NCBI GenBank assembly: GCA_002633005.1
Contig: NMRA01000620.1
Coordinates: 124,001 to 188,000 of the forward strand
Direction: 5' to 3'
Source of the DNA: Phoronis australis
Lineage: Eukaryota > Animalia > Phoronida
DNA length: 64,000 nucleotides
Positions 48,201-61,809 of the stretch are shown here, piece after piece. A program made the position numbers and the translations under genes. How positions within the stretch are numbered: position 1 is the first letter of the stretch; each line of letters opens with the position of its first letter. Below the pieces are notes generated by a model, which ran no database searches, was not told where the DNA came from, and worked only from the letters and a program-made list of their open reading frames with translations.

Positions 48201-51200
48201 GGTAGCTTTCTCGATGCCAGTAGCGGATTTAGAGGGTCGAAGGGGCCCATGTCTCCCCCTCCCCAAAACTTCTCCCAGATTCCATTTGGCAGTTCGGGGG
48301 TGCCAATGACGGACAAATTCCTGAATAATACTCTGTCCTGCCCCCCCCCCTTAACTAGGCATGGACATTTACTTCTTGACCCCCTTGTTACTCAATGGTG
48401 TAGGGACCACGCGCGTTCAGTGCCCCTGGATAGCATAACGCCTCCTCTAATCGTCAGCACGTCCCAGCCGTCTACCCAAACACCAATCGGGCCAAGTACG
48501 GCCCGATGATTATGTGAAGCGCTTTACACCGGATAAAATGCACGCAGTCACAACATCTTGAGAGACATTCTCGTTGATAAACGTGGGGGTAAAGTGTGAG
48601 ATCAGCACGCGCACTGCTATATTGCCTCTTGAGCAAAGGAAATGTACTGATGTTGGTGTTGATGTTATTTTTGTTGATAGAAGACGCCGTCTTCCAATGA
48701 AACGTTCCCAATTGATGACAATTTCCATACACGAGGTACAAGGACACCCACTCTTGTTGCAAAATTTGTGACTGTTAACAAACTTTGGAAAATATCTTCT
48801 TATCAAGATAATCACATAACCGTCGCTTCGGTCTTAAACTAGTTGCCACGAGATGCGAAAAGTTCTCTTGGCAACCACGGGGTGGGTAGTAACGAATTAT
48901 AAAATTAAATGACGACGTAATAAAATTGAAGATAAGGATTCGCAAATTGGTTGAAAAACAATATGCAGCTGATGTTGTATGACGGTCACGTGACGCCTAC
49001 TTGACACCAATTAGCTAATGGTGTTGCTAAGGCTTCTTTTTCAAAAGTCTGATTTTAGACTACTCTAACACCACAATTATTAACGTTGACTAAATTGGGT
49101 TTTTTCCGCATCAGTGGCAAGGATTTAAGAAGGGACGACTGAAATGGCACAGCCCTCGTACGGTTTTTTGACACAAGAGAGGATTGTTCTGTTGGTTGCT
49201 GAGCATCTATTTATCACTCAGCAGTAGTTCTCTCCGCCCAGTTTCCATCTTCCATTGAAAATATTATTCTGCAATTTTACCCGCATGGGAAATTGTGGCA
49301 ATAATCTTGAATTTGTTATGGCGTAAAGCTTCTAGTACTGTTATCGTCTCACGTACGCCAAAATTTGGCCAAAATTAATTTTATGCAGCATTAAATGCTC
49401 GTTTTCTTGTGGTCGTGCTTGCAAAATGCACTGCCGCATTAAAATGCTAATGAAGGTGAAATTCCTCTTTTTGGACAAACATTTCACGAATTGGGTTTCG
49501 TATTGGATTGTGATTAGACTAAGCTGCGCCATTGTACTATCATTGCTGTACGTACGACTGTGTTTGGTTGGAACCCATCGGGTTCCGTCTCGTCATTGTT
49601 CATGTCGTCTACATATTACACCGAAAAACTTTCGATACATTTATCTGGCGCTGTGTAGTAGAGATAAGGGCTGCAGGTAACAATGAATGATCGAGTGGTG
49701 TAGTAAAACATTCACTTAAGTCACTGGGACATTAGAAGCCTCGGTATTTGGACAATAAACTTTGATTAGCGACGACAATGAGTTGTTGGCATCGTGCAGG
49801 TTAGTGCATGTGTACATCATAAGTTAGGTCACCGTGCCCAATTACCCTACATGATGGCGGCATAGGAAGCTCAAGATACAGCAGCCGACATGACATGTCA
49901 TTACCCGCCGAACATAAAGATGTTTTTGCATGCTCCTAACTATGTTAATGTATAGCACGAACTAAGCAACAATGCATGCGCGCAACGAACCTAAAAATGG
50001 GGTTCTCGCAGTTTTGAAAATGTGGACCTTGTACTAAAATTCACGGAATGTGTATTGGGTATTCGCCGAGTTTGGGTACTTTTTCCTTTTTTAGTGGATT
50101 CTTGTCTCGTTTTCTAGGTTCTTCGGAGTTTTTTGATTCTCTGAGGCGGACTCTTTTGCCCACTTCGCCAAATGGGTGCGCGCATGCAATGCTAGTTTAA
50201 CTTAACCTACGCTAAACAAAGTGCAGTTGTTTGGAAACTTGTAAATGCGAAAACAAAAAAGTTGTGAATAGGTGACCTTTGCTTTGTACAGCAGTACCTC
50301 GCGGGCTCACATACCCTGCAGCATGCAGTGTTATTCCCAGAGCCATGTTAAGATACTCAGTGGACTCGGTTCCGTGATTTGCAGCGGATTTTTTTCGCAC
50401 AAAACTAGTTCTTAAAACACTTGGCAAATTCAAAATTTCAACTTACTTCAAATCCACATCGTCACTATTTGTTGTGTTTCTAATTAATTTCCCAAGCAAT
50501 CATAGAGATAAGGAATTAGCCTGCAAGTTTCTCTTTTTATGGGAAAATAGAATACAAGAAGAGTTCGCCGTCATCACGTGGAGTCGATGTGTTGTCTCTT
50601 TCCTTTCAGGCTGTGCTGTACGTTAAGATATGCAAATGTTGCCCGCACTTCTGATGCAGTGTTGTTTATTGCAGTTAGGTTCATAAAAATCTCACCATTG
50701 TGACCTCAGTGACGGATACAGGTAAGTACGTTTAAATTGAAGAGACATTACACGATCTGCAGAAGAATTTGAGACTGCATTGTACAGGTATAGTTTACAG
50801 AATGATATGCTTACTTCTTACTCTTTGTGATGCGTGGTGAAACAATTTCGCATCGGCCTCCAGAAGTGCACCAAGTAGTCATCAGCCGACAAAATATTCA
50901 TCTCTAGTTTAGCGAACACAGTCACGTGTTTTACGCAGAAGTGGCGCCTCTGAATCAGCAGTTGTAACTGTCTGCATTGCCACATACTCCCAAGCACCTC
51001 CTGCAGCTGCTGAAAAAAGTAGTGGCTACAACCTCTTGACCTTTGCCCTCTACGCTCTACAGATTCATGAGTATGTGTAGAAGGAAAAGTCTTCTAGGTG
51101 TCACTGTCGTTGAGAATGCATCATATCTTCCACAAACTAGCCTACGTCATTCTTGAAGACGCAATTTTAGACTGAAAACAAATGTACATGTACGTTGCAT

Positions 51201-51657
51201 GTTACTGGTTACTGGTTGTGCTATCATACGGCCAAGTTAGTCAGAAACGTGAATTTAATCTTGTGGAATGGACAGCATTCGTACAACAGCGTAAGACACT
51301 TCATCTTACATATATTGTCTGCGATTGGCTGAAAACCCCGGATTTCTTGGGGCCATGAGGTTTCATACGAAGCACTGTGACCTTTAAGGTTATCCCAAGT
51401 ACATGCAGTAAACTGTCAATGTCCGGCTCCAAGTGAATAGCCTCTACGTCATCAACCAGCCTTCTCAGTCACAAGAATGCTAAAAAGCTGTATCATTTGT
51501 TCTGTTACAGATGCATTTGTTCTACCACAGTAGATGATGGTTGTTTACAAACAATTCGTGCAATTGCTTAGGCGGTATCCCATCTTCACTTAGCGGTTGA
51601 TGTAGCTCAACCAAACCAATCTCAAAACTAGTGCTTAATCGCTGATGAGACAACAAT

Positions 51658-52830
51658 AGGCCTTTTGCGAGTTTATAACAATAACGCGAGATTATGTGAG
51701 ACTTAACTGTGACGTCACGGGAAGTGGGGCAAAAGCTTGTCGTTTGGTCATTTGCCCAATACGGTAGCAGAGTGTATTCTGTTATTGTCTTCGAGTTTTT
51801 AGCCGTTTAGTTCGAAAAATGTCCAAAAGCATTGCTGTTATGGCAAATGAACTTCAGATTCGCACTACAATACGTTCTATCGCGTTCTGTACTAATTTCG
51901 TCCCGTGTATTTTAAACGGGCGGTAGGCGAAATCCGCTCACTGGTAAAGTTTTCACCTCGTCGAAAATACATTCTACACCTATAATTAGCACCTAAAAGG
52001 CTCTTACTTTCTTCAGTGACTCTTTCTGCTTCTAAACATATCTTCGATGAAGCATATATACGGGAATTCAGGTGACTTAGGCGAAGAATTCCAACTCCAC
52101 TTTGTGGTTACTGTTAACTTTGTCCGCGCGCGCGATTACCACAATCAAGTATTTCAACTGAGTCAGGTGAGTATGAGGCAAAGGCTAGCGCGAGACTGAG
52201 CGAAGCGCGAGATCTGGCGCGTGACCTGGCGCGTGACACTTGCAAAATAGCATGAGAAAATATCAAGTGAAATTTGTAAGATTTGTGTCCCTTGGACTTT
52301 TTGTTCGTCAACAGGCGTGATTTCACGTAACTTCCTCAAAATGGCGGCTCTTTAGTGAGAGAAACTCGAGAGAACCGCGAGGTTTTCATGAATATGCTCA
52401 AGTTATTTGTAGACTAAATTGTGTCCAGAGTCAGGGTATGTGTTAATTATAACTTCATGTGCACATATGCATGTTTCATTTGGTTTTATTTGCTGTATTT
52501 TGAAGTGAATATCTTTTTATGGGGATACACTATCGCCCCTGTATGCCTGCGCTTTTCAGGCCTAGAGCGGGTTAAGTTCCAATTTCAGTCCGTTCACAGC
52601 TTCGCACAACATAACAAGGTCACATTTTCTTCGTCTATTCACAGTTATTCCACGACCCATCTACCATATCTTAAGTTGTTTTAACGTTTTAAGCGTAAAA
52701 TTCGCCATAAGAACTCCAGTAAGTTTTAGCGTGTGTAGCAAAGACTCGGGGCAAAACAAGAGCAATATGGCGGGTTTTGCCCCCTTTCCGGTGACGTCAC
52801 AGTGACTAGCGAGAAACTCGCAAGTGAGCT
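51658..52830 (+). mobile_element. ISL2EU-like non-autonomous element with THAP start remnant
   Basis: AT|AGGCCTTTTGCGAGTTT..ACTGTGACGTCACGGGAAGTGGGGCAAAA vs TTTTGCCCCCTTTCCGGTGACGTCACAGT..AAACTCGCAAGTGAGCT|AT. KHCCYGK*TSDSHY at ~51827-51868. Confidence 0.6.
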
Positions 52831-55089
52831 ATTACATGGACATCATTAAAGACAATTAACAAATTTGGGAGTGCTCAAATTTTGCACACTCATCGGCCTG
52901 CATTGTCCGTCAACACAAATGCACTAAACGAAATATAAAATTAGTGGACTACAGTCGAAAGGATAAAGGCGTCAACTGGCATACATTGTTCATGTACGCT
53001 GGCATAGGTCTTGTGCGATTCTGAAAACGATTTACTCCTAACGTAAGACAGCTAATGGTAGCAATACCGGCGCTGTAAAGCCATTTTCTCGACTTGTTCG
53101 CGGACGTTATCTGCCTCTTTTCTATTATCAAATTATCCTCTAAATGGGTTCTTTTCCTTTACCACCCTACCACCTTTCCAGAATCCACATTGAATGGTGA
53201 ATTTAGCTTCCATCATATTTTGATATAGAAGCGTCAATGTTGAAGTCCTCGTTACGCATCTTTGTGAAAAAAACGTCACATGTTAATAACGGATATTGGT
53301 TTGATACGCGCTTTTGAGTCAGAAAATGGCGAATATTATTACTAATGGATGTTATTTTGGTTTAACCTTTAGACGTGCCAGATGCGTGCTTCCCTGCATC
53401 GAGAAGATGGTGACATCTCGCGTGAATATAGTAGACTGGAGGTCTTTGTGCTATTCACTTGCTTCCTTGGTACTTTCATACGAGTAAGTAATGTTCATTG
53501 TTGTTTCAATAAGGACGACTTTTAGAATATACGCACGGTTGACATTCACATGCCGAAACGCGACTTAACCACCATGGATTTCGCGTTCAAGCACAGCTGC
53601 ACGAGTTGTGTTTGTGAACCTAACTTGTAACAGTTCGAGGAATTTTCTATAAAGCATCAAATAGTGCCTGCAAGCATGCCTTGCCAATATAGAAAATTAT
53701 TTTAGCTGAGCAACAAATGCGCGAGACCGACTCCAAATTCACCAGAGTCGCCGCAACCAGTACAAAACCAATGCTGATTTTTTATCCGTTGTGCAATTAT
53801 TCGAGATTTTTCGGCGAATGTCTTTACTTGATTGGATTTTATACCTTATCTCCGGAAGAGAACTTTCTTAAATCAGAATGAGGACATACCTCACAACGTG
53901 CTATAATCATTGTGTCACCTGTCTCTTGGGTCGACTTACCGTTCTCGATAGTTTTGAGATTGTCTGTCCGGATAACTCATCTTCAATTTAGTATACCTGT
54001 CGGTACATATACGCTGGTGTCGTCTGCTCGAAACGAAAGTTAAACACTACATATCTCAAGTCATTAAGGCCGAGGTCAGGAGTTTGTCTCATGAAAACTT
54101 GTGTCGCTCGGTTTTGCTGTTCCTTTTTATTCGAAAGAAATGCCAACCCGACAGAAAACAAGGTTTAATTTTTCTTTTTGACACGGTCACACTGGACTAC
54201 GATTTTTCTTTGCTTTGCACTGAGATTAATACATGGGATCAAGAAGAATACAAAAAACTTGACTTCAGAACCAGGAATTCCACTGAGGAAACGAATGCTC
54301 AAGTCGATGCAAGCATCCGGTTTGCCAGATCTTTAAACACAAACCCCAAGAGAGAGTTTGCGGACAAAGAGGTCGCGGTGTACACCAAAAAGGATTGGCC
54401 AGTGTGATTCTACGTCAGCAATTCTGAGTGTCCACGAAACATACCGAAGATGGATGATTGAGGTTCTTTATACGCAGGCTACAGAAACAACATGAGGCGT
54501 TGCCTTTCCCGTGAATCTCTCGCTAAATTATTTCAACTACCTATTGCAATCCCTACAGAACAGGAATTCTTGCCAATTTGCGAGCTCCTCCCGTTATTGG
54601 TTAGTATCGACAGAACAAACATGGAATTTCAGTATATCTGCATCATTCTGTGTACGTCCTTGAAGCCATCTCTTGACACGGTTTCAAGAATAAAAGAATC
54701 TTCCCGGGCATTCGCTTTTCACTACCCCTGCTAGTGCGGTAAGACTAAAGAAATTTCAACAAAATGAAAATTATCAAAAATTGCCTCGATTGAACTGTGA
54801 ATGACGAGAGACTGGACGACCTAATTGTTTTTGCAACCGAAAGGGATTTGACAGGTAGTGTAAGCTCTAAAGGCGTAATCGACGTCTGGTGTAAAAAAGA
54901 ACACGTACCTAAATGTAAAGACCGCTAGTTCATGATATTTCAATGACTTCTCAAAAGTCTACAGGTCTTTGAAAACAAGAAGCAACAATTTCGAACTCTA
55001 GCTACAAACGGTAGCGTTTAATCAACCCGACAGCACGTTGGCGTCTTGCAATAAATGTCTTGATAATGGGAAGGTTTTTGACTGAGGTA

Positions 55090-55860
55090 CAGTAATCATC
55101 TAACAAGATGGTTTCACTAAAATACCTTCACAGCAACTAGGTGGAACATAAAACAACAAAGCTCCTAGACGGTCTGAAGACCATTTACAAAACCAGTCTT
55201 CATGGGAAGTTCAAGCGCTTGATTTTCAAGCGTAGTCTCTTACCAAAACTGACGTGACCTGTATATGAAGTAACAACAACAGCAGGGATAAAATGGGAAA
55301 GAGGAACAAGTTCTTACTAAGATGGCTTGGAGTTCCCCCCTCACTTGTCTTACAAGGGTAGTGGTTTTATTTCCGAAATTCTAAGCTACAAGTGCCATTT
55401 ACATTTCTGGTATTAGAATTTAAGGTGGCAAAGACAAGTTTGGTGATGACTTCAATGGACTCCCAGGATGACAAAATAAGGCTGGCAGTCAACCAAACGG
55501 CAATGGGGAAGAAATTGTCAGGAAGCACCGCAGTCGTAGAAGCAGAAAGTAAATTCCAGCATAGTGACATCTTTTGTTCTACCTGCAGACAGAGTCTGGG
55601 AATTGAGACACGACAGAGTTAGCCAGGTGCAGATCAGACAGATGGTGCAATAGGCTATTAAAAGGCATGAAAAAGAGTTTAGAGAAGCCAAAGCGAGTTA
55701 GATGAGGGGTCAAATCACCGGGAAAGGGTCGAAGACAGACAGCAAGAAGATAGCGTTATCTGAACAATTGAGAATGGAACCATTCAGAATACAGTTTTTA
55801 CTTTGATCGATGTACGATCTGTTATCAACACCAACTCGAGCAGATGAGGTCTGACAGAGA
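55090..55860 (+). mobile_element. Hero-clade (RLE-type) non-LTR retrotransposon fragment
   Basis: GLKTIYKTSLHGKFK..LLPKL, RWLGVPPS, SKLQVP..LEFKVAK..DSQDDKIR..GKK..AVVEAES, MEPFRIQFLL*SMYDLLSTP: the motif order of the Hero ORF after RT, with stops and frameshifts. Confidence 0.75.
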
Positions 55861-56475
55861 ATTCAAAGCGTCTATTATGTGTCGATAGTGGATAAATAAA
55901 GCATCGCTTTCGACAGCAATATCTAGTTTATAGCGAATCCATCTACATGTATGCAGCCGGCTGGGCTATTTGGAAACATTCTCTCACAAGCTAAATGTTT
56001 ATCCTACAATGGGAAACGAGAAAGGAGGTGCGTGTGAATGTTCACGGTCCCGGCAGTATCGAACCTGATCCTTTGCCATTTTACAGTAACATCATTAGGA
56101 GCTGCATTCTTTTGTTTACTGTCAGAACACTTCATGAATGGAAAAATCACTATAAACACGGTTATAAAGAATATTTTACTAAATTTATGCATTTATTCAA
56201 TGGAAACGTGTTTTTGACAAGGTAACCTTGGACCATGAACTTCCTTTATAAGCAATTTCAATGCAAACGATCCCACATCCTCTTCAAGCGTCGTTTAAGA
56301 AAATATGTAACTTTCATGAGCTCAGTATTTTGAGTGATTCATGACATATTGCATGATAACAACCCATATTGCATGATAATAACCCTTATAGCACAATATT
56401 AGCGTCAAATGACAGATACAACCGTGTAATAACCCATAAAGTTATCTCACTAGTGAGATAACGATTTGGCGGGAA

Positions 56476-56545
56476 ACCGAGGACGGAGTCGAACCCCGGG
56501 ACCTTGGAGTTGCTGGTCGCCGACTTTTCCACTACACCATGCGGC
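56476..56545 (-). pseudogene. tRNA-derived sequence (SINE head or tRNA pseudogene; GCA/Cys-like loop)
   Basis: A box TGGTGTAGTGG and B box GGTTCGACTCC at tRNA spacing, but acceptor and anticodon stems pair poorly. Confidence 0.6.
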
Positions 56546-57084
56546 GATTGACGTCATCAAGAGTGAAAATAGAATACTTAATTGAGCACGTGCAATAATC
56601 GCCTGTTCAACAAACCGCATTGTACTGTACGCTAAAAAAATAAGACACATAATTTCCTTAAAAATGATACCTTAATTCAGTGAAATTTTTCTCTCATGTG
56701 CTCTTACTTGTAAATCACCGATCTCCAGTTTGAATGCGGGTATCGTGTCGTCAGGATCTTTGACTTGAGTATTATATTCAGTTATCATTGGTAACCTATT
56801 TTAGCAGACGATTATTTCCCGGTCGAAGCTTAGCGTAAAAAAACGCGTTTTAAGCTATAATAGTTGGTAAACCTTAATTTTAAATTCAATTTATTTCTAT
56901 TATATTTAAGTTTTCAATTGATTTTGAGTAAAAGCATTATTTGACAAAAATAGCCCGGCTTTTCTTAAAAGGTCACGAACTCCGACCCCGGGCCTCTGAC
57001 ATAGAAAGTAGTTACAAAGCCGTGGAGAGTCAGAAAAGGTAAATCGATTCATTGCAATGTTTCTCGTTTAGTATGTGGTATAAA

Positions 57085-57235
57085 TAGATTATTACATGTT
57101 CTCAGCCGTTATCCCCCTCGTGGATTTTGGAGAATTATCACCCTCGGGGCTAACGCCCCTCGGGCGATAATTTTCCAATATCCACTCGGGCTCTAGATAA
57201 CGGGAGATAACGACTTCGCCATTTAATAATATATA
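57085..57235. mobile_element. Palindromic hairpin element (Crypton-like non-autonomous type)
   Basis: CCGTTATC..GTGGATTTTGGAGAATTATCACCC-TC-GGGGC-taac-GCCCC-TC-GGGCGATAATTTTCCAATATCCAC..GATAACGG, with symmetric TC/TC mismatches. Confidence 0.5.
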
Positions 57236-59484
57236 TATATTGCATGATAATAACCCATATTACAGTCTGGCTGACGATTGAAACATTTGCGTCGCTTAAA
57301 TTTCTTTGAGCGCGATTTTGATTCACTGGTCTATGTGCCACGTAGAAGGTTTTTAAGAGTACTTACTAATACGGCCATTTTCTGGGGATAATTTTATTTT
57401 GCTGTTTAAACTTACTAATTTTCGTAATATCTGACACCTATAAGAATATCAATTACGAGTTATGCGATTTTAACCGAAAGTAGTTGTGTTAACGATATTG
57501 TACTATCTACATGTAGTACCTTGCATGTAAGAAGGAGGACTATTCAACTTCAAAACGCCCCCGTTGTGTTGCAATACGGATTACAAATGGATTGTATTTT
57601 CTCTTTTAATTTATTATTCAAGAAATCATAACTAATTTGAGTTAGGAATTGGCTCATTTGATGGAAAGTATGTTTAGAGTAACTTTAAAGCTATGACGTA
57701 ATTGCACTGACACTTAAAGTAAATTTCCATTTGCAATATTTAACCTGCACAACATCAAATGTATTGACTTTCTAAAACGTCTCTGAGGTGGTGGCGTGCT
57801 ACAACTATTATTCAAATCTCTTGGTCTATTTACACCGACACTTGTCTATTTACAATTTTAATAATGGCTGTATTTCACTGCAGTAATTCGCAGCTTAACA
57901 TAAATAAATATCCAAGCCATTGTTGTTGCACGACATATAATCAATCGAATTAGGTCTAAGGGCATTTTTAATTAATTTTATCCAATTCCCTGCAGCACGT
58001 GAATCAACAAAGAATAGCGGATGAACCAAGTTACTTGGCAGCGCTCGATTTGGCCCCTTGCAAATCGCCAAGGCAACATCAGATTGTGTTTGGCGAACTA
58101 GGAAAAATCTCAAGTCTCCACAAAGTCGCAACTGCGAGTACAAAAGTCAGACAATAATTCCCCCTAAATTCATTTCAAAGTACGAACAGTTTTCCTAGAT
58201 TCATTACCTTTGATTCATAACTGGTCCGTCTATTTCGTGAAATCAGCGCATTTGCCTCCACCGCCTCACTTTTAAGCGTGGTGTCAAATGCGCTGATGCA
58301 AAATTATAACAAAAAACAGACGGAAGTCGAAAATGTTCGGCAAAAATCGGGCAAATCGGTGAAATATGCGCCACCGGTGTATGCGATCGTCTGCGTTTCA
58401 TGTTCTTTCGCTAGCAGGAGGAATTGAGATACGGAATGAATGAACGAATGAGTGTACATTTATGAGGTGAAATTGGAGTGAGGTGCGGTACAACCTTGCG
58501 ACCTTTTTCAGTTTCAGCGACCTCAAATTTCGTTTGGCGACCTCGGAATTTTCATTGGTGCCAAATGCGACTTGACGTTAACCTAAGCATCGAGTGCTGT
58601 ATGAAAATTTCAATTACAATGCACCTCCTGTCTTTAATCACTCTGTTTTGGTTTCGGATGCAGGCAAACAGTTAGTTTATTGATAAAAAGTGAAATATTT
58701 GCCTCATATACTCTACGGTTGACGAACATATCGCCATGTCCTGTTGTATTGACTACAGTCTATATACATGTTCACGCCAAGCTAATGTGAAACGATAACT
58801 TTAAAATGCCGATTGTTAACTGAACCAGTCATAGTTTACCGTGGTAGATTGATCAACATTTTGCAATTGAAACTGTCTTGCTATAAACACAATGGATGAG
58901 GCGTGACTGCCGGGAATTTATGCTTCGCGTTTGTGCATCACTTCTTCATCTCTCGGCAGGTATTTGTTAATGATGAACGCCAGTGGCAGTGGAGTATAAA
59001 CATTTTTTAGACTCTGCCTGTTTAGTTCTCAGATTTTTTCAGGTAATGGCTGTGCAGGCTATACAATAAGTGTAAAGTATTGAGAAAAGTTAAAGTGTAA
59101 TTGAGCATGGAATCAATATAACCAAATATAGAGCTAACAAAATCCTACATGTAGCACGCACGGGAGTAGACAAGGTTGTATCATAAATTTGTTTATGGCC
59201 ACCTACTATATAGGGATTTCCAAATCGTATTTCCGTCTCGTTTAACGTGCCATTTATCAAGCAAACTTCTTTTATATTCCATACGCCTGCATGACGTGAG
59301 CTAAACGAACATTACATGCAGCGTCATCTACTCGATTCTCTTTACGTGAATTAATGTGTCGACTAATGTCGCCGTATTTGAAGCAGCTGACAAGAGCATC
59401 TATCTCTGTGGGAGGAAATGTATCCTGACCAAAGTCACTTGTAATCTGCAGACATTTTACTTGTTCAGTCTCTTATTGTTCCAG

Positions 59485-59767
59485 AGCACGGCCTTGATGA
59501 CAATCGGCTCCGCGTTGCCCGACCTTTTGCAAATCACCGACTCGGCGACATCCCAAGCATCAACTGTTCTTCTTCTGTGGTCTGCAGGGCTGCTTATGGG
59601 AACTGTGTCTTCGAAATATTTCTTGGCAATGGACAGCACCCTTTTGATGACATTGGATTTGGTCTTGTTGGGAATCACTACCGCTGTGATCCCGCTTTCT
59701 TCTTCAATATACCTCATGGTTGCAATAATTACAATCCATGCTTTCGTTGCGGGGATATCGGGCGTGG
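59485..59767 (+). CDS. MFSD4-like MFS transporter, internal exon
   Basis: Acceptor TTGTTCCAG and donor G|GTAAGT (phase 1). STALMTIGSALPDL corresponds to the family GPTLLDL motif, followed by hydrophobic helices. Confidence 0.8.
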
Positions 59768-61809
59768 GTAAGTTAAACGTAATCACTTTAGTTTTCTTAT
59801 TCATTCGGACCGACGCCATGCGCGTAATATGTGAAAAGTAAGCCATTCAGGAGTGGTCGATAAGTCAAGAATGTATTCGCTCGAACAACAAAACCAGTTT
59901 TCCAGCAGACTACATATTCGTGTGCGTACAAAGGTGCAGCAAAAACAACAGAGTACGAACATAGTAAGACTGGTGGTACAATGGGAAGGCGGGCTATGCA
60001 CAGGGTATTTACTGGGAAGTGGGGGCGCACGTTCAGAGGTCAGTGGATGGAACAAACGGTGTTGAGAATGTAGAGTCTTTGATTTATTACCATCGCAAAA
60101 ATGGCCGTGAATATCAAATTTTACAGTGAATGTTTTAAGCACTTCTATAAGGAGTTAATTAAACAATGGTTAGAAAATGCAAGTTGAGGAACGGGTTGAG
60201 TTTAACATGAAACATAACTCCATTTTTCCTGCAGGCATATACCGTGTTATGTAAGTACCGTGGAACCAAATTGTATTTTTTATAAATACGAGAAGATGAA
60301 TCCATGCAATATGTTTGATAACCAGCAGTAATTAACTACCGTTAATCTTCCAATCAAAGTCGGGTAATATGGCTAATTGCAATTCTTAATATGCAATGAG
60401 GATTATGAAATTGTTCATTCTCCGTCATAGAGTGATCTTCACCATTTTGGGTATGTTACGTTTAGGCTTACAGTTTCTGGGACTTCACGCACTCTCTCCA
60501 AACCATTTTCGATAGCTAAGAGCAGTTTCTCAGATGATCCTGGACAACGGGCATTGTCAACTGGCGGTGCTTTCAACATTTTGTGTAGAAATCGCCTTAA
60601 GCAAGTGGATGCTCGTATTTGAAAAACAAGTGTTCATTATTAGTTCTCACCACCACATTTTTCCAAAGTACACCTGTACCCTTACGTGAGAATATTGAAT
60701 GGCTTTGACGAATGCAGACTACACAACTCCTTCCTGTGTTATGTTGTGTTGGTTGTCTTTATATCTTATTCTTTTCATTAAAGAATTTTGACTGAGATTC
60801 TACTCCATATATTCTGAGGAAAATCTCAAACTGTTTTACAGTTGACATATTTATATTTTTTACAGTTTAAATGAATAAATACATTTTGTTCTCACCTCAG
60901 CATTGCAAAAGCTGAGTATTCGATAATCCGGAGAATTTTGGAGGATTTTTTACTATCAAATAATTTAGTTCTCTGTTCTAAGGAGGGACTCGTATCAAAC
61001 TCTGATTTTAGTTAGAACTGCCAAGTTATTTTTATTGATTCAGTTTTATCTCACCTGAACTTAAGCTGTTTGTTTAGGTGTATTAGACGAACACCGTTTG
61101 TATTCAAAATGTATATATCAACTGAAAACCTTGATCGGAATTGTAAGATTCATCAGGATCCACTGATACAGACTCACTTTCAATGAAGGAAATTATTATC
61201 AAGTTTGTAACGTAACTATGACAAGATGTCCACGTGGCATTATCAGCAATCGCTGAAGTGACCCTGGCCTTTTACGCACCAACGGAAGGCCTAGACGGGG
61301 CATCTGCAGAGGTTGAAGAGTTACTAGGGCTATTGATCATTTGACAAAAATATTTTAATTTAGTTGTTTTCGGCTCGAGACTGCGTTCTTCGGAAAAAAA
61401 ACGATCGGCTACAACAATCCAAATTTTTAAGCCCGGTCTCTACGAACAGTGAACTTTCAGTTGTTTCCGAGCTCAGAACTCACACAGAAGTAGCACTGAG
61501 CTAAAAATTAAGGTTAATTTACAAGTGATCTCAATCAAAATGTTTAAATTTGAGAAAATGCTCACCGAAAGCACATTGTAGCTGATATCAGTTTTATAAT
61601 GGCGTCGGTAAAGACGTGAGGATGGCGTGATTGGTTGCAAAATGTGACAGTGTGGCCAAGTAGTCGGTGGTGCTGGTTACGATAATTATCGACACTCGGT
61701 GGTCAGTCTACTGCGTCACGTGAGATGTCGAGAATGTACGTTAACAGTACACATTCTAAACACGCAAGGAAGTATATGTCCTAAATTTGAGTACTTTTAT
61801 ATTTTGCAG

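Noticed and set aside
48217-48390. hAT-like MITE starting CAGTAGCGGATTTAG
   Set aside because: No clear partner TIR or 8-bp TSD.
54084-54734. Two short + strand ORFs suggesting a decayed gene
   Set aside because: No recognisable motif or splice structure.
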